This document shows, piece after piece, positions 1-13,691 of a stretch of DNA of 64,000 nucleotides. Origin of the DNA: Eledone cirrhosa (Eukaryota); the NCBI GenBank assembly GCA_964016885.1, contig OZ024756.1, positions 39,866,001 through 39,930,000 on the forward strand, read 5' to 3'. Position numbers and translations under genes: made by a program. The notes beneath the pieces were generated by a model, which did no database searches, was not told the DNA's origin, and saw only the letters and a list, made by a program, of their open reading frames with translations. Within the stretch, counting starts at the first letter, position 1; the number at the start of each line of letters is the position of its first letter.

Positions 1-132
1 ATACACGTATATAGTTGCACCGGACGTAGCTTTACCGGGTTCGAAAAAATAATACCATTAAAATACTGGGGTCCATTTAATTGACTTTCCCCTTCCCCAA
101 AATTTCTTGACGTTGTGCCTAAATCAGAAGAT

Positions 133-306
133 TGGAAGTATCGGTAGAGGGTCGGACGCCATGCTTTGACGCATAGAGTTACGGCCCTTGCCGTTCAAAT
201 CACGCCGAGGTTAACTTTGCCTTTCATCCTTACGGGGTCGATAAAATAAAGTACTAGTAATACACTGGGTAATTGATAGCCTTGTGCCAAAAGTAGAAAC
301 AATTAT
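133..306 (+). mobile_element. tRNA-derived SINE family A (Meta-domain-like core)
   Basis: Head 'tcggtagagggtcggacgcc', B-box-like gttcaaatc, core 'ctttgcctttcatccttacggggtcgataaaataaagtac', tail 'gccttgtgccaaaagtagaaacaattatta'; many copies in the window. Confidence 0.8.
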
Positions 307-844
307 TAAAGATATGAAGGTCTGCACGAGGTACCGGACGTTTCGTGCATTAGTACTCTTATTAAGACTGGTCCAGTTTGAATAAGTTTCCTTTGGGGTG
401 ATTTAATTTTCTAGAATGTTCCGTAAATCTTACTTTAAAGAGTAAACATTTTGTGAAAATATCTCGATAATTACTGAACTAGTTAAATATCTTAAGGGAC
501 CTTTCAGTGTTTCCTTTCCTATGTCTTGCATAATATCTGTTTCACTTTGATCCGGGTACGTTCTTCTGTGTTAGGAAATAACCGGAAACCGCGTTGATAC
601 CGGAAGTTGTTTTTTTAATCTCAAAACAAATTATTGCCGTGTGCGTGGGCGGGGGAATTGAGTACTATTATCTGTATTGGACCATTAGGTTAGTGTCAAC
701 TTTGCCTTTTATCTTTAAGGGTGGATAAAATAAGCCCCAGTCAGGGACAGGTGTCTGTGTAATCGATTTTTTCATCCCCATAAATTATTGGTTTTGTGCT
801 TAAATTAGAAATGATTTATATATTATATTATATAAGCCATGTCC

Positions 845-997
845 CTTTACGTTCTGAGTTCAAATCGCGCCGAGGTCGGCTTTGCCTTTCATCCTTACGG
901 AGTCGATAAAATAAAGTACCAGCATTGAGGTCAATTTAATCGACATTCCCCGCCTCCTTCAAATTGCTGGCCTTTTGCTTGAAGTAGAAATCATTAT
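845..997 (+). mobile_element. SINE family A copy (partial copies also at ~1-130 and ~695-815)
   Basis: Same core and tail as 133-306. Confidence 0.7.
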
Positions 998-1349
998 TTG
1001 ATGCTTTGCATCATACAATTTATCCTTCACTGGAAGAAATAATTTCAGTTTTTCTCCATTCCGAAACATCCACCGCCTACATTGTTAATTAGATCATATT
1101 GGTAATTGAAACTATCAACTATATCTAGAATGCTCTTATTGCTAACTCCTCTTGTGTATCAACTGCATATAATGTCTTCCATCTTTGCTAGGTTTGTTGT
1201 GTCACTCTGCCCTTTTTGGACACCCATAATTTACATTGAGTTACTGTATCTCTATACATATGGCTTGTACGTTGCTCAAAAGGTATTTATCTACACCTGT
1301 TTTGTTTGTTTATTTCGTTTGTTATTTTATCTTTTCATCTACAACAGAC

Positions 1350-1417
1350 TATAGAACGTGTTTATCTCCAGGTATATATATATATATATATATACCTGGA
1401 GATAAACACGTTCTATA
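1350..1417. repeat. Perfect 68-bp palindrome centred on (TA)n
   Basis: tatagaacgtgtttatctccagg-(ta)n-cctggagataaacacgttctata. Confidence 0.95.
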
Positions 1418-1570
1418 TATAAATGCTATGAACAGTGGTTTACTTCCAAGAACTCTTCTAGTTGTCTCACTACAAAGAAACCATCAGTGTAATTCGTCTT
1501 AGCACAAGACTGAACTGCTTCTCATTTAAACTGACTGATTTTACTGATCTGTTATTTGATCCACAATTGC

Positions 1571-1614
<44 letters not shown>

Positions 1615-1615
<1 letters not shown>

Positions 1616-1724
1616 ATAATAATTGTTTCTGCTTTTGGCACAAGGCCAGCAAATACATTACTGGTACTTTATTTTATCGACCCTGTAAGGATGAAAGACA
1701 AAGTTAACCTTGGCGGGATTTGAA
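1615..1724 (-). mobile_element. SINE family A copy, 5'-truncated
   Basis: Reverse complement of the family A core and tail. Confidence 0.7.
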
Positions 1725-1846
1725 TAATAATGAATGTGAAGACTAAAATCCAAAGAGGGCTCGATAAGGATAAATATATATCAAATATATAAGAACCCTA
1801 GAGAAAATATCTATTAAAGAAGATCCCGTTAAGGGTGAAAGCAACG

Positions 1847-1926
1847 ATTCTTTGCTTAAACTTTAATCTGTTATTTTTATATATATATATATATTAAAAT
1901 AACAGATTAAAGTTTAAGCAAAGAAT
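1847..1926. repeat. 80-bp palindrome centred on (TA)n, one mismatch
   Basis: attctttgcttaaactttaatctgttatttt...aaaataacagattaaagtttaagcaaagaat. Confidence 0.9.
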
Positions 1927-2096
1927 ATAATTCAAAATTCAGTAAGACCAAGGATTAACAACAATAATATTCATCTTTGGTCTTATTGGATTGAATTATA
2001 AATGTTCTGTTGCTATCGAAGAAGGGTAAGAGGTATTGAGCTTAGCTTATCTTACCAATGAAATAGTGAACTAGCACACTATAACCTCATATATTA

Positions 2097-2141
<45 letters not shown>

Positions 2142-2303
2142 TATATATACACATATATATATTCGTAGAGTAATGGGAAAAACTCAGCGAAATACCGTTA
2201 ATGGTGACGTCAGGTAAAATTTACCTCAAAGGATAGAAATCAGTGGCTAGAAGTGTGTTGGCCTGCAGAATATTCGATATATATTTGTTTATATATATAT
2301 TTT

Positions 2304-2338
<35 letters not shown>

Positions 2339-2823
2339 TTGTTTGTATTTATCTCAGCCGAAGGTGATTTATCAGTTCTATTTCAAATTCTATTCCTATT
2401 GCATGGCATATTCGATTAATGTCTTCTATTATAGCCTCAGATTGACTAATACCTTGTGAGTAAAATTGGTAGAGGGAAGCTGTGCAGAAGCCCACCATAT
2501 GTCTGTGTGTTTAATGATTTTATATTTGACACTAGATGCATAGGTAGTGACGTTTCTTTATATCCTATGGCTACATATTTAGATGTGAAGATCAGTAGCT
2601 TATGTGGAAATTAGGATGGCCATTCAGCCCTACAAAACACTGCCTCATAAAAATGTTGATTGCCCATGCCAGCATTGAGATGACATAAAAACGGTGATGA
2701 GGATGATGTGATTACATTATATATATATACATATATATAGATAGATGTATAAATATGTATACTATATATATATATATACACACATATACATACGCACATA
2801 TATGCTGGAACAGATAAAAGAGT

Positions 2824-2856
<33 letters not shown>

Positions 2857-3084
2857 ATATATATATAATATTATATAGTCTATGTTACATGTTATATTTT
2901 TCTCTAGTACTTCAAATCAATGATCAATGCAAATCACTAAAACCAAGTTACTCTATTATATTAACAAAACATATTTATCTATATTATTATTTATATGTAA
3001 CAAATCAATATAAAACCATTAACAAATTATTATTGTTTTTGTATTATGTTATTTACGGCAGTGGATTGGTGGAATCAGTAAGAG

Positions 3085-3540
3085 TCTTCTTCTCCCACTT
3101 ATTCCTGAGAGGGTCATGGGGTCAGAGTCCTCAAACACTCCTTCCAGTGGGTCTTGTCAGAAGCAACTGTCTCCAATTAATCTGGCTGGATCCCCAAACA
3201 TGACCAGTCAAGATGATGGATGTTATCCAACCATTTTGCTCGGGGTCTACCCCTGGGTCTCCTGCCTGTTGGTTTTGCTAATAAAACCTGCCCAGCAATT
3301 CTTTCCCGAGACAAGCTACAGATCTGTCCAGCGATTCTTTCCTGAGACATTCTAACGATATGTCCATAGTATTGGAGCTGTGATCTCTCAATTCAGAGAA
3401 GTAGCGGCTCTACCTGGAGTGACTCTCTGGTCTCCAAGCTACAAATCTGTTCAGCGATTCCTTCCTGAGACATTCTAACGATATGTCCATAGTATTGGAG
3501 CTGTGATCTCTCAATTCGGAGAAGTAGCGGCTCTACCTAT
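3085..3540 (-). mobile_element. RTE-clade LINE 3' fragment with an internal 123-bp duplication
   Basis: Minus-strand translation 'SQLQYYGHIVRMSQER..AGQVLLAKPTGRRPRGRPRAKWLDNI', the typical RTE ORF C-terminus. Confidence 0.75.
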
Positions 3541-3554
3541 AAAGCATTTCATTA

Positions 3555-3942
3555 TAGCTCCTTATGTTCTGAGTTCAAGTCACACTGAGACCAACTTTGC
3601 TTTTCATCCTTAATCCTTACGGGGTTGATAAAATATAGTACCAGTAATAACTGGAGTCAATTTAATCGACTTTCCCCTCCCCTCAAATTGCTGGCCTTGT
3701 GCCTAAACCAGAAACCATTGATATTATTGGCAGTAGAGTGTCGGACAACATACTTTGTGGCATATAGTTACGGCCCTTTACGTTCTGATTTCAAATCCTG
3801 CCGAGGTTAGCTTTGCCTCTCTCATCTTTACAGGGTTGATAAAATAAAATACCAGGAATTCACTGGGGTCAATTTAATCAACTTTCTCTTTCCCTCTTCC
3901 CTTATGGCCTTGTCCCAAAAGTAGAAACAATTATTATTATTA
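3555..3942 (+). mobile_element. Two tandem SINE family A copies
   Basis: Core and tail repeated at ~3555-3720 and ~3725-3942. Confidence 0.7.
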
Positions 3943-4919
3943 CGGTGTTGGTGGCGAAAGATTGACAAAATCTGTAAAGTGGTGAACTAAATGATTTTTG
4001 GTATTTAGTTACCTCCCTTTACAATCATCCTTCCACTAACACCCTGCCTCCCCAATTGTGGTCGATTATACTTGTTCATCTTTCTGCAGAAGATTTACAA
4101 TTAAAATACCAATCAATTCCTGTGGGGTCGGACTATAATAACACCTCCCGCCAAAATTTGTGGCCTTGTGCTTATGTTAAAATTTTGTTGTTTTTTTCCT
4201 ATTATTATTTTTCTATTTTTTTTTCCAATAATGTTATTTTTCTCAAATGTTTTTTATTGGCTGCTGTCAAATTGTGTTTGTTTTTTGTTTTTTTTGTTTT
4301 TTTTTGTTTTTGTTTTTTTAAAATATTTTTCTCATATCTATAAAAAAGAAAAAAAGAAGGAAAAAAATAATCCTAATTCCTAAAGAATAATTTACTCATT
4401 ATAAAAATATATATATATTAAAATTAAAATTAATAACCAGATATTTTTCTAAAATATATATTAAAAAAAAAATACTAATTTTCTTGCTTGTCTGTGTATG
4501 GCTGAATGTTCTTATTGCCATTTATCTTGTTCCTCTTCCTAGCTTTCCATCTATCCTACTCCCTGATAGACTCCCCCCAAGCCCCCCCCCCCCCCCCTGA
4601 ACTACAGTGATAAACTATTTACAGCTAGCCATACAGTATTATCAAATATACACTGTATTATTTAGTTATAAATTTCGTTGTTTAATAATAATAAATTTGG
4701 TTAAATACTAGAAAACATGTGTGGACATTTTTTTTTTTTTTTTTTTTTGCTTTTTTATATTTATATTACTTGAGGTGTTGTTGTTGTTGCTGTTTATTCC
4801 TCAGGTCTACATTGATGATCCAGGAAGCCTGAAGACTTTCCATTCATGAACATAATCTTCATCATCATCATCATCATCAACCTCAGTTTGTCTGTTTATC
4901 CATATTAGCATGGGTTTAA

Positions 4920-5144
4920 CCCTTTAGCATTTAAACTAGTAATATCTGGCCAGAATTCTTTCACCTCTTTCTGTTCAAACCGGCTGTAACTGGCCACTCA
5001 TACTGACGTTAAGGTATTGTTCTCAAGATAAATAACATCAAAATCACATAGATTCGATATTATGTGAGATAATTATGTAAGGTAAAGCCTTTACCACAAA
5101 AATACAATTATAAATAAATATAGAGTAATGTAAATGCTAAAGGG
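4920..5144. mobile_element. piggyBac-like MITE
   Basis: TTAA on both sides (4916-4919, 5145-5148); 14-bp TIR ccctttagcattta/taaatgctaaaggg; four more copies in the window. Confidence 0.8.
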
Positions 5145-5614
5145 TTAAAAAAGGGTTTTTGAGGTAACATTCTATAGCTGGAAGTCCTTTCTGATGTCAA
5201 CTCTCACTTGTCTTTAAAACAAGGTATTAAACTTCACATGTCAACTCCTGGGCTGTGGGACATATGTTTATGTAGAACACAAACAAATGATACCACCTAG
5301 AATATCAAATGAAATTATATTCTGTATGGAATATATGTTTCCCTAGACTTACTGACATCTGAGAGGCTTTCTTATGTGCCAGACAATGCTCCATATTGTT
5401 CTATATTGTTTCATTCTCAATTGTATTCTTAAATAGGTAGAGACTCATATCTTTTTAAAGCGTCTTTCCCAGACACTTGGCAAATCCTTAGTAATTTACC
5501 AAAATCTGATAATATCTTGTACGTAATTAATACAACCATACATCTTTCATACACAGCTCAGCATCCTACTGAATCTCAATGACTCTTTGCAACATCCATC
5601 AAAAACATATTAGT

Positions 5615-5916
5615 AATAATAACAACAACACAACCACCACCACAAACACCACCAACATCAGAACCACCACCAACAACAACAACACAACCACCACCACCAA
5701 CAACAGAACCACCACCAACAACAACAACACAACCACCACCACCAACAACAGAACCACCACCACCAACAACAACACAACCACCACCAACAACAACAGCACA
5801 ACCACCAACAACACAACCACCACCACCAACAACAACAACAAACAACAACACAACCACCACCACCAACAACAACAGTATTAATAACACCACCAACACCAAC
5901 AATAATAATAATAACA
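5615..5916. repeat. (CAA/CAC)n compound trinucleotide repeat
   Basis: Directly visible. Confidence 0.9.
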
Positions 5917-6104
5917 AGCACTCTCAGATTTCTATCTCTTGTCTCCTTGTCAAATCTTACATGATGTCTTCATTGTTGCAGACTACATATCTGTAGTTGT
6001 TTGTTGGCACCAGTAGGTCATACATCATTAAGTTACACACACACATATATTATATATGTGTGTGTGTGTGTATATATGTGTGTGTGTGTGTGTGTATATA
6101 TATA

Positions 6105-6135
<31 letters not shown>

Positions 6136-6547
6136 GTGTGTGTGTCCTAACAGTAAGAGAATGTCTGTTGTTGCAAAGATAAGCTGGTTGTGTTGACTTA
6201 CTGAGCAAACAATCTCTAAGTTACACCATGAACATGTATCACTGTCAATATATATATCTAGTACATATGTTATTAAGGACACACATATACACACATATAA
6301 ATATATATTTATATGTACTTATAAAAATGTAGTTTGTTTGTATGTTGACAGCTAATAACACAAAATAAAATCGATAATAATTAAGGATATCCGTGCGTTT
6401 CCAACTAATCTGACCTCCAACGAGTTTGCTGTCAATTTATTTCCTGGAAATGAAATAGGTCATTCAAGTGGTGTGAGAATTTACTGCTCTTTCTAGCACC
6501 ACAGTCTGTTTGTTCGTCATGCTATTGTTGATATATATATATATATA

Positions 6548-7637
6548 TCATCATCATCATCATCATCAACGTTTAACGTCCGTGTTCCACGCTTGCATGG
6601 GTTTGGACGGGGGTAGTCCCACTTGAGGCAAGAGTGATTGTCTTGCTCGCATAGGACTGTCTGGCAGGTTTTCTACAGTTGGATGCCCTTCCTAACACCA
6701 ACCACATTTACAGTGTGGGTCTGGGAGGTTTTTACCGTGTTGCCTACACGGCCACATTACAGCGTGGACTGTGTGTTTTTTTGTCGTGACACCTACACGA
6801 TCTCATTTGTTTCGGCCTCGAAGGCGCGGCACCAACATAACTTTACATAGAACGGGGTGGTGTGGATCGGGTGGGGGTGGGGGTGGTGGGACGGGGTGTA
6901 TTTTGTTAGAGATGCCTACTGGCTGGAGTAGGTTTTACTATATATTTAGGTAAGGCGGGTCTTCTCTGTTACTGAGTACCGCCAAAGGTCTCGGTCCAGT
7001 GACATTGTCTTGGAGAGGTGTAAGTGTGTGATGTCGGAGTTTATCAGCTCGTCCCAGGTTTTTCTAGGTCTGCCTATTCCGTGACTACCGTCTATCTTTA
7101 TTGCCCTGCACTTTGTTATACAGCTATCGACTTTCATGCGCATCACGTGTCCATACCAACGTAGCCTTCTCTCGAGTAAACAACATCTGATCCCTCTTAT
7201 CTCTAATTTTTTCCTTAGTTCGTTTATGCTTTGCCGTTCACGTATATTACTGTTACACATCCAGCGGAGCATGCAAGCTTCGTTCCTCTCTAGTCTGCGT
7301 ATATCCTCTGCACACAATGCCCAGGTCTCACTGCCATGCAGCATTGCTGTTCGTATGCAGGCATCGTACAACCTGCCTTTCATTTTTAGCGAGAACCCTT
7401 TAGCAGCTAATAGTGGTATAAGCTCTCTGAACTTTTTCCAACCAGTTCTGACTCTAGCTACAGTACTTTCAGAGCACCCTCCCCCACTGCTGATTTTATC
7501 GCCCAGGTAACGGAAGCTGTCCACTATTTCTATAGAACCCTCTGCGCAATTGAAAGAGCTAGTAGTTTGTGGGCACTTGCTGCTACTTATTGCACCAGAG
7601 CACCGGCCACATGTAAAATCTATGTTCTTAGTTAGCT
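6548..7637 (-). mobile_element. RTE-clade LINE, 5'-truncated, with 3' UTR and (GAT)n tail
   Basis: ORF 6946-7637 'FRYLGDKISSGGGC...AMLHGSETW...[11 protein letters not shown]...GRPRKTW'; the 3' UTR ends in gatgat repeats; second copy at 34943-35547. Confidence 0.9.
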
Positions 7638-7669
7638 TATATATATATATATATATATATATAAGGATC

Positions 7670-7885
7670 AATCAACTTTCATCAAATTAGACCGAGGAAA
7701 CAATGTTTCCGTTGGTCTTTCCAGTTGCTAATACTATCTACCGGTCGCAACTCCAGGTAGAAGGAGCAACGTAAAATAAAGTGTCTTGCTCAAGGACATA
7801 ACGCATCGCCCGGTCCAGGAATCGAACTCACAACCTCACGATTGTAATCCAATTCTCTAACCACTCAGCCACACACCTCCACCAT
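7670..7885 (-). mobile_element. tRNA-derived SINE family B variant
   Basis: Minus-strand A-box ggctgagtgg, B-box gttcgattcc and 'ccttgagcaagacacttt'; the same variant occurs on + at 49135-49295. Confidence 0.7.
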
Positions 7886-7914
7886 ATATATATATATATA
7901 TGGTGGAGGAGACG

Positions 7915-8067
7915 AAATTGCAGAGTTGTTAGAACATCGGATAGAATGCTTTATGGTATTCGTTCCGGTTCTCTGATCTCTGAGTTCAAATCCCACCGAG
8001 GTCAACTTTGCCTTTCATCCTTTCGGGGTCGATAAAATAAAGTACCAGTCTAGTACTGGGGTCGATT
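7915..8067 (+). mobile_element. SINE family A copy
   Basis: gagttcaaatccc...ctttgcctttcatcctttcggggtcgataaaataaagtaccag. Confidence 0.75.
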
Positions 8068-8195
8068 CTTTCTCTCTCTGGAAGAAATCTGCTGTACTCA
8101 GGCCTGGGAAGAGATGGGCTCCGCCAGGCTTTAAATGCCTAAGAAACACTATACGTCAATACAGCGCTTCTACAACTCTCAGTAGTTATGCAACC

Positions 8196-8321
8196 ATACA
8201 TACATACATACATACATACATACATACATACATACATACATACATACATACATACATACATACATACATACATACATACATACATACATACATACATACA
8301 TACATACATACATACATACAT
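8196..8321. repeat. Pure (CATA)n microsatellite
   Basis: Directly visible. Confidence 0.95.
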
Positions 8322-8745
8322 AGTGGAGATGTAACTTCTGTTTCCTTTCATTAATGTATTGGCTAATTTGGCCTGAAGTATTCTTCCTCCTTGTGAATGG
8401 AATGACAAGATTTTCTCATTAAACCTTGTATATATAGCCTTGTATATAAGAAATGTCTTGTATCAATTTGCTCATCGGTTTGTAATTTCCTGAATTGCCA
8501 TGAGCTTCTGATGTATTAATCAAGATTGCATTACTTAATTATTTCAACTAATTTTTTAAATATGGGATGTAATTAATAAGAGAATTATTTGAGGGATGGT
8601 TTTTCTAGAGAAATGCTTACTTCTACGAGTTTCTTTGATAGCATCAACACAACCAGATGATGGTAATGTAGAGACTTTCATGAGAACCAGTTTAACGTTC
8701 TTCACATCACACACTGTTCTCACATTGTCTTGGTGTATATCATTT

Positions 8746-9086
8746 GTGGTGGGTGGTGGTGGTGGTGGTGATGATAGTGTTGATGGTGGTGGTGGTGGTG
8801 ATGGTGGTGATGGTAGTAGTGATGAATGATGGTGGTGGTAGTGATGATAGTGTTGATGGTGGTGGTAGTGATGATGGTGGTGATGGTAGTAGTGGTGATG
8901 GTGGGTGGTAGTGATGATGGCGGTGGTGGTAGTGATGATAGTGGTAGTGGTGGTGGTGGTCGTAGTGATGATGGTGGTGGTGGTGGGTGGTCGTGATGGT
9001 GGTGGTGGTGGTAGTGATGATAGTGGGGGTGGTGGTGGTGGTAGTAGTGATGATGGTGCTGGTGGTGATGATGATGATAGTGATGG
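8746..9086. repeat. (GGT/GAT)n compound trinucleotide repeat
   Basis: Directly visible; the reverse-complement pattern occurs at 53645-53910. Confidence 0.9.
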
Positions 9087-9813
9087 TCTGTGTCTTTATC
9101 AGAATTGTTGGAAGAAGGATTCATAAAAGAGAGTGATAACTGTGGACACCAAACTGCCATTGTTTTCTTGATAAGAAAGAAAAACAAGAAATATTTATAT
9201 ACTTACACACATATATGTGTATATATACATATATATACACACATATATGTGTATATATACATGTGTATATATACATGTGTGTGTATTAGATACAATGGAA
9301 GCACCAAATTGCTGGGAAAATATGTAGAATATATATTGTCCTCTTGGTCTAATTCCCAAAATGTCTGCATAAACCATGAATATTCAATATATGAGAGAGA
9401 GAGAGTAAGGGAGACAGAGAGACAGACAGACAGCCAAGTTGCCACATCAAAAGTGATAAATATAGGCACACATTAACATACACAGATTTACATATATATA
9501 GATACATGTACAACTATATAGGCTCATGTACACACATAGACATGTATACTGTTTAATACATACTAATACATATATATATATATACACACACACAGATACA
9601 CAAATACAGAAATTCATACACATGCAGACATGTGTATAAATCCTATTATATTGGTGTGTGTGTGCATATATATAAATATATATATATACGTGTGTCTGTG
9701 TGTGTATATATATATAGTATGGTATGGTCCCTCAACACCAGATGAAGTGGTAAGGGTGCTGTAGTGACAGCATTTCTTGGCCATTTTAAGCCTGACAGAG
9801 CTCATCCCTCTCC

Positions 9814-9844
<31 letters not shown>

Positions 9845-9994
9845 AATATATATATATATAAGATATATGTACTTATATATCTATCATTCTCTCCCTATTT
9901 CTCCCTTTCCATATAAATATATATATATATAGTAATAATAATAAATTTGAAGACTAAAATCTGTTATTTTAATAAATATATATATATATATATA

Positions 9995-10329
9995 GGCACA
10001 TGGCTTAGTGGTTAGAGCATTAGCCTTGCAATCGAAAGGTTGTGAGTTCAATTCTCAGACCGGGTGATGTGTTGTTTCCTTGAGCAAGACACTTTATTTC
10101 ACATTGCTCCAGTTTACTCAGCTGTAGAAATGAGATGATAGGGACTGGTGTCCCTATCATTCCACTGCAAAGTGGACGTGGAGGTGCCACGGCAAAAAAG
10201 CACCCAGCACTCACTGTAAATGAGGTTGGTGTTAGGAAGGGCATCCAGCTGTAGAAATCTAGCCAGAATCAGTTCCCGTCCCACCCTTGCAAGCAGGGAA
10301 AAGTGGACGTAAAATGATGATGATGATGA
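9995..10329 (+). mobile_element. Full-length tRNA-derived SINE family B with RTE-like tail
   Basis: A-box tggcttagtgg, B-box gagttcaattc, CORE-like ccttgagcaagacactt, 3' 'ggtgttaggaagggcatcc...ggacgtaaaatgatgat' shared with the RTE 3' UTR at 6548-6700. Confidence 0.85.
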
Positions 10330-10332
10330 TAT

Positions 10333-10653
10333 ATCATCATCATTTCATTTTACGTCCCCTTTTCCCTGCTTGCAAGGGTGGGACGGGAACTGATTTTGGC
10401 TTCATTTCTACAGCTGGATGCCCTTCCTAACACCAACCAGTGAGTGCTGGGTGTGTTTTTGCTGTGGCACCTCCACGACCACTTTGCAGTGGAATGATAG
10501 GGACCCCAGTCCCTATCATCTCATTTTTACAGATGTGTAAACTGGAGCAATGTGAAATAAAGTGTCTTGCTCAAGGAAACAACACATCACCCAGTCTGAC
10601 AATTGAACTCACAACCTTTCGATTGCAAGGCCAATGCTCTAACCACTAAGCCA
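10333..10653 (-). mobile_element. SINE family B copy, tail-to-tail with the previous copy
   Basis: Reverse complement of 9999-10329 with scattered differences. Confidence 0.85.
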
Positions 10654-10784
10654 TATATATAATATGAAGGAGTCAGGACCCCGACGGCTGAGCTCCTGTC
10701 ATTTCAACAGCTTGTTCCAAACTCAGAACTTGAGATATATGTATGTGTGTATACATTATATATATATATATATCTTAGTCTTAG

Positions 10785-10994
10785 TTCCTCTAGTCCCTTG
10801 TGGAACATTAGGCGACGAGCTTCCTCCCCTTGATCCTGTCACTGGCGGCCCTTCTAGCACCTCTCCAGGTAATTCCCATCTCCCGCAGGTCCTCCCTGAA
10901 TGTGCTCCGCCATGTTTTTCGTGGTCTTCCCCGCTCTCTCCTGCCACCTTCTGGTACCCAATCCATGGAAATATGAGCAGGTCGATCTGCCGGC
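10785..10994 (-). mobile_element. RTE-like LINE 3' fragment
   Basis: 'MPADRPAHISMDWVPEGGRRERGRPRKTWRSTFREDLREMGITW...'. Confidence 0.75.
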
Positions 10995-11351
10995 ATATAT
11001 ATATATATATATTTATATATATACACACACACTGTTAACAGGGTTGGTGTTAGGAAGGGCATCCAGGTGTAAAATTCCCAGCCAAATTTACAATCCCGTC
11101 GGAGCAAGGTACAGCCTGGTCAGGCTTGTCTCCCAATGTGGACAACCTGTCTAACTCATGCAAGCATAGAAGATGGACGCTAAACGGTGATGATGATGAT
11201 GATATATATATATATATTGTTGGCAGGGTGTGTATATATGACTGTGAGAGACAACCCTATTAAACATCATATTCTCACATTCATCCCTTCCACCTCCCCA
11301 ACCCATTTTGTTTTGTTTAACCTCAATTTAGGGTTTCCTGTTTCCCCTCTG

Positions 11352-11383
<32 letters not shown>

Positions 11384-11464
11384 CAACACACACACACACA
11401 CATATATATATTACAACACACACACTCACACACCATATCCTACTCTCTCCCCAACCTCTCTCTC

Positions 11465-11869
11465 TGTATATGTATGTACACAGACATATGTGTATATATA
11501 CATATACATATATATATATATATACATATATATATTATATATACATATATGTATACATATATATATTATATATACATATATGTATACATATATATATTAT
11601 ATATACATATATGTATACATATATATATTATATATACATATATGTATACATATATATATTATATATACATATATGTATACATATATATATTATATATACA
11701 TATATGTATACATATATATATTATATATATATATACATATATATATTATATATATATATACATATATATACACACACATATATATATACACACACACACG
11801 CATATATATATATATATATACACACACACGCATATATATATATATACACACATATATATATACACACAC

Positions 11870-11900
<31 letters not shown>

Positions 11901-12047
11901 TATATATATATACACATATATATATATACATCTATATATATATATATATACACACATCTATATATATATATACACATCTATATACATATATACACATCTA
12001 TATACATATATACACATCTATATACATATATATATATATATACACAC

Positions 12048-12078
<31 letters not shown>

Positions 12079-12090
12079 TATACATATATA
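11465..12090. repeat. (TA)n/(CA)n compound microsatellite
   Basis: Directly visible; source of spurious YI/HT ORFs. Confidence 0.95.
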
Positions 12091-12245
12091 TTGCTCTCAG
12101 AATTTTTTATTCTTTCCTCATCACTTTTTGATGTCTGTCTGTCTCCTAGCTCTGGAGAGGGGGGGGGGGGGGTATAAGCACACAGCATGCACATACATGC
12201 ATATATATATATATATACACATTATATATATATATATATACACAT

Positions 12246-12276
<31 letters not shown>

Positions 12277-12944
12277 AGGTTTGGTATTTTACAGCTGAGA
12301 GAGATGGAAGTCACAGAATGACAAGTTCATACATAAATATATAAATATATACACACTGTAGCTTGTTAGCCAGATGTAATATATTCATTACGCATGCTTA
12401 CATATATGTTGGAAATGTGTAAAAACATGTATACATACATAGGCATACATGCTTACATACATACATGCTTGCTCAAATATATAGATCCACACATATGTAC
12501 GTACATACATGCTTACATACATATATAGATCCACACATATGTACGTACATACATGCTTACATACATATATAGATCCACACATACGTACGTACATACATGC
12601 TTACATACATACATGCTCACATATATAAATACATACATACGTACGTATGTACATACATGCTCACATATATACATACATACCTACATACATACATATAGAC
12701 ATACATACGTATACAAACAGAGCAATATATTAGCTTAAAGATATTATGCACATATATATGTTATATATACACTCACCATCATTAATATATATACACTCAC
12801 CACATTAATATATATACTCACCACATTAATATATATATATATATACACTCACCAACATTGTTTAACCAAAATTAAAGTTGTGATTAGATGAGGGAAGTTT
12901 TTCTGTTGGTGGATTTTTATTTGTTATTTGTATCACTTGTAAAA

Positions 12945-13450
12945 TATTATATCATATGTGTGTGTGTGTGTATATATATCATATATGTGTGTGTGTATTT
13001 ATATGTGTGTGTGTATATATATGTGATTATATATCATATATGTGTGTGTGTATCTATATGTGTGTATGCATATATATGTGTGTGTATTTATATGTGTGTG
13101 TGTATATATATGTGATTATATATCATATATGTGTGTGTGTATTTATATGTGTGTGTATATATATGTGATTATATATCATATATGTGTGTGTGTATATATA
13201 TATGTGATTATATATCATATATGTGTGTGTGTATTTATGTGTGTGTGTATATATATGTGATTATATATCATATATGTGTGTGTGTATCTATATGTGTGTA
13301 TGTATATATATGTGTGTGTGTATTTATATGTGTGTGTGTATATATATGTGATTATATATCATATATGTGTGTGTGTATCTATATGTGTGTGTGTATATAT
13401 ATGTGATTATATATCATATATGTGTGTGTGTATCTATATGTGTGTGTGTA
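12945..13450. repeat. Microsatellite-derived minisatellite (gattatatatcatatat(gt)n...)
   Basis: Unit repeated about 8-9 times. Confidence 0.9.
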
Positions 13451-13552
13451 TTGGTGACAGGAGAGGCACCCAACTACAAAAACCATGGCTAAAACGGAAT
13501 GTAAGGTGTGGACTCTCAAGCCTGTCGCTGTCTGATAAATGATGATGATGAC

Positions 13553-13598
<46 letters not shown>

Positions 13599-13656
13599 TG
13601 TATCATCATCATCGTTTAACGACCATTTTCCACGCTTGTATGTATGTATGTATATA

Positions 13657-13691
<35 letters not shown>

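Noticed and set aside
9995-10070. Possible tRNA gene
   Set aside because: A/B boxes continue into the SINE body and tail; no intact acceptor stem.
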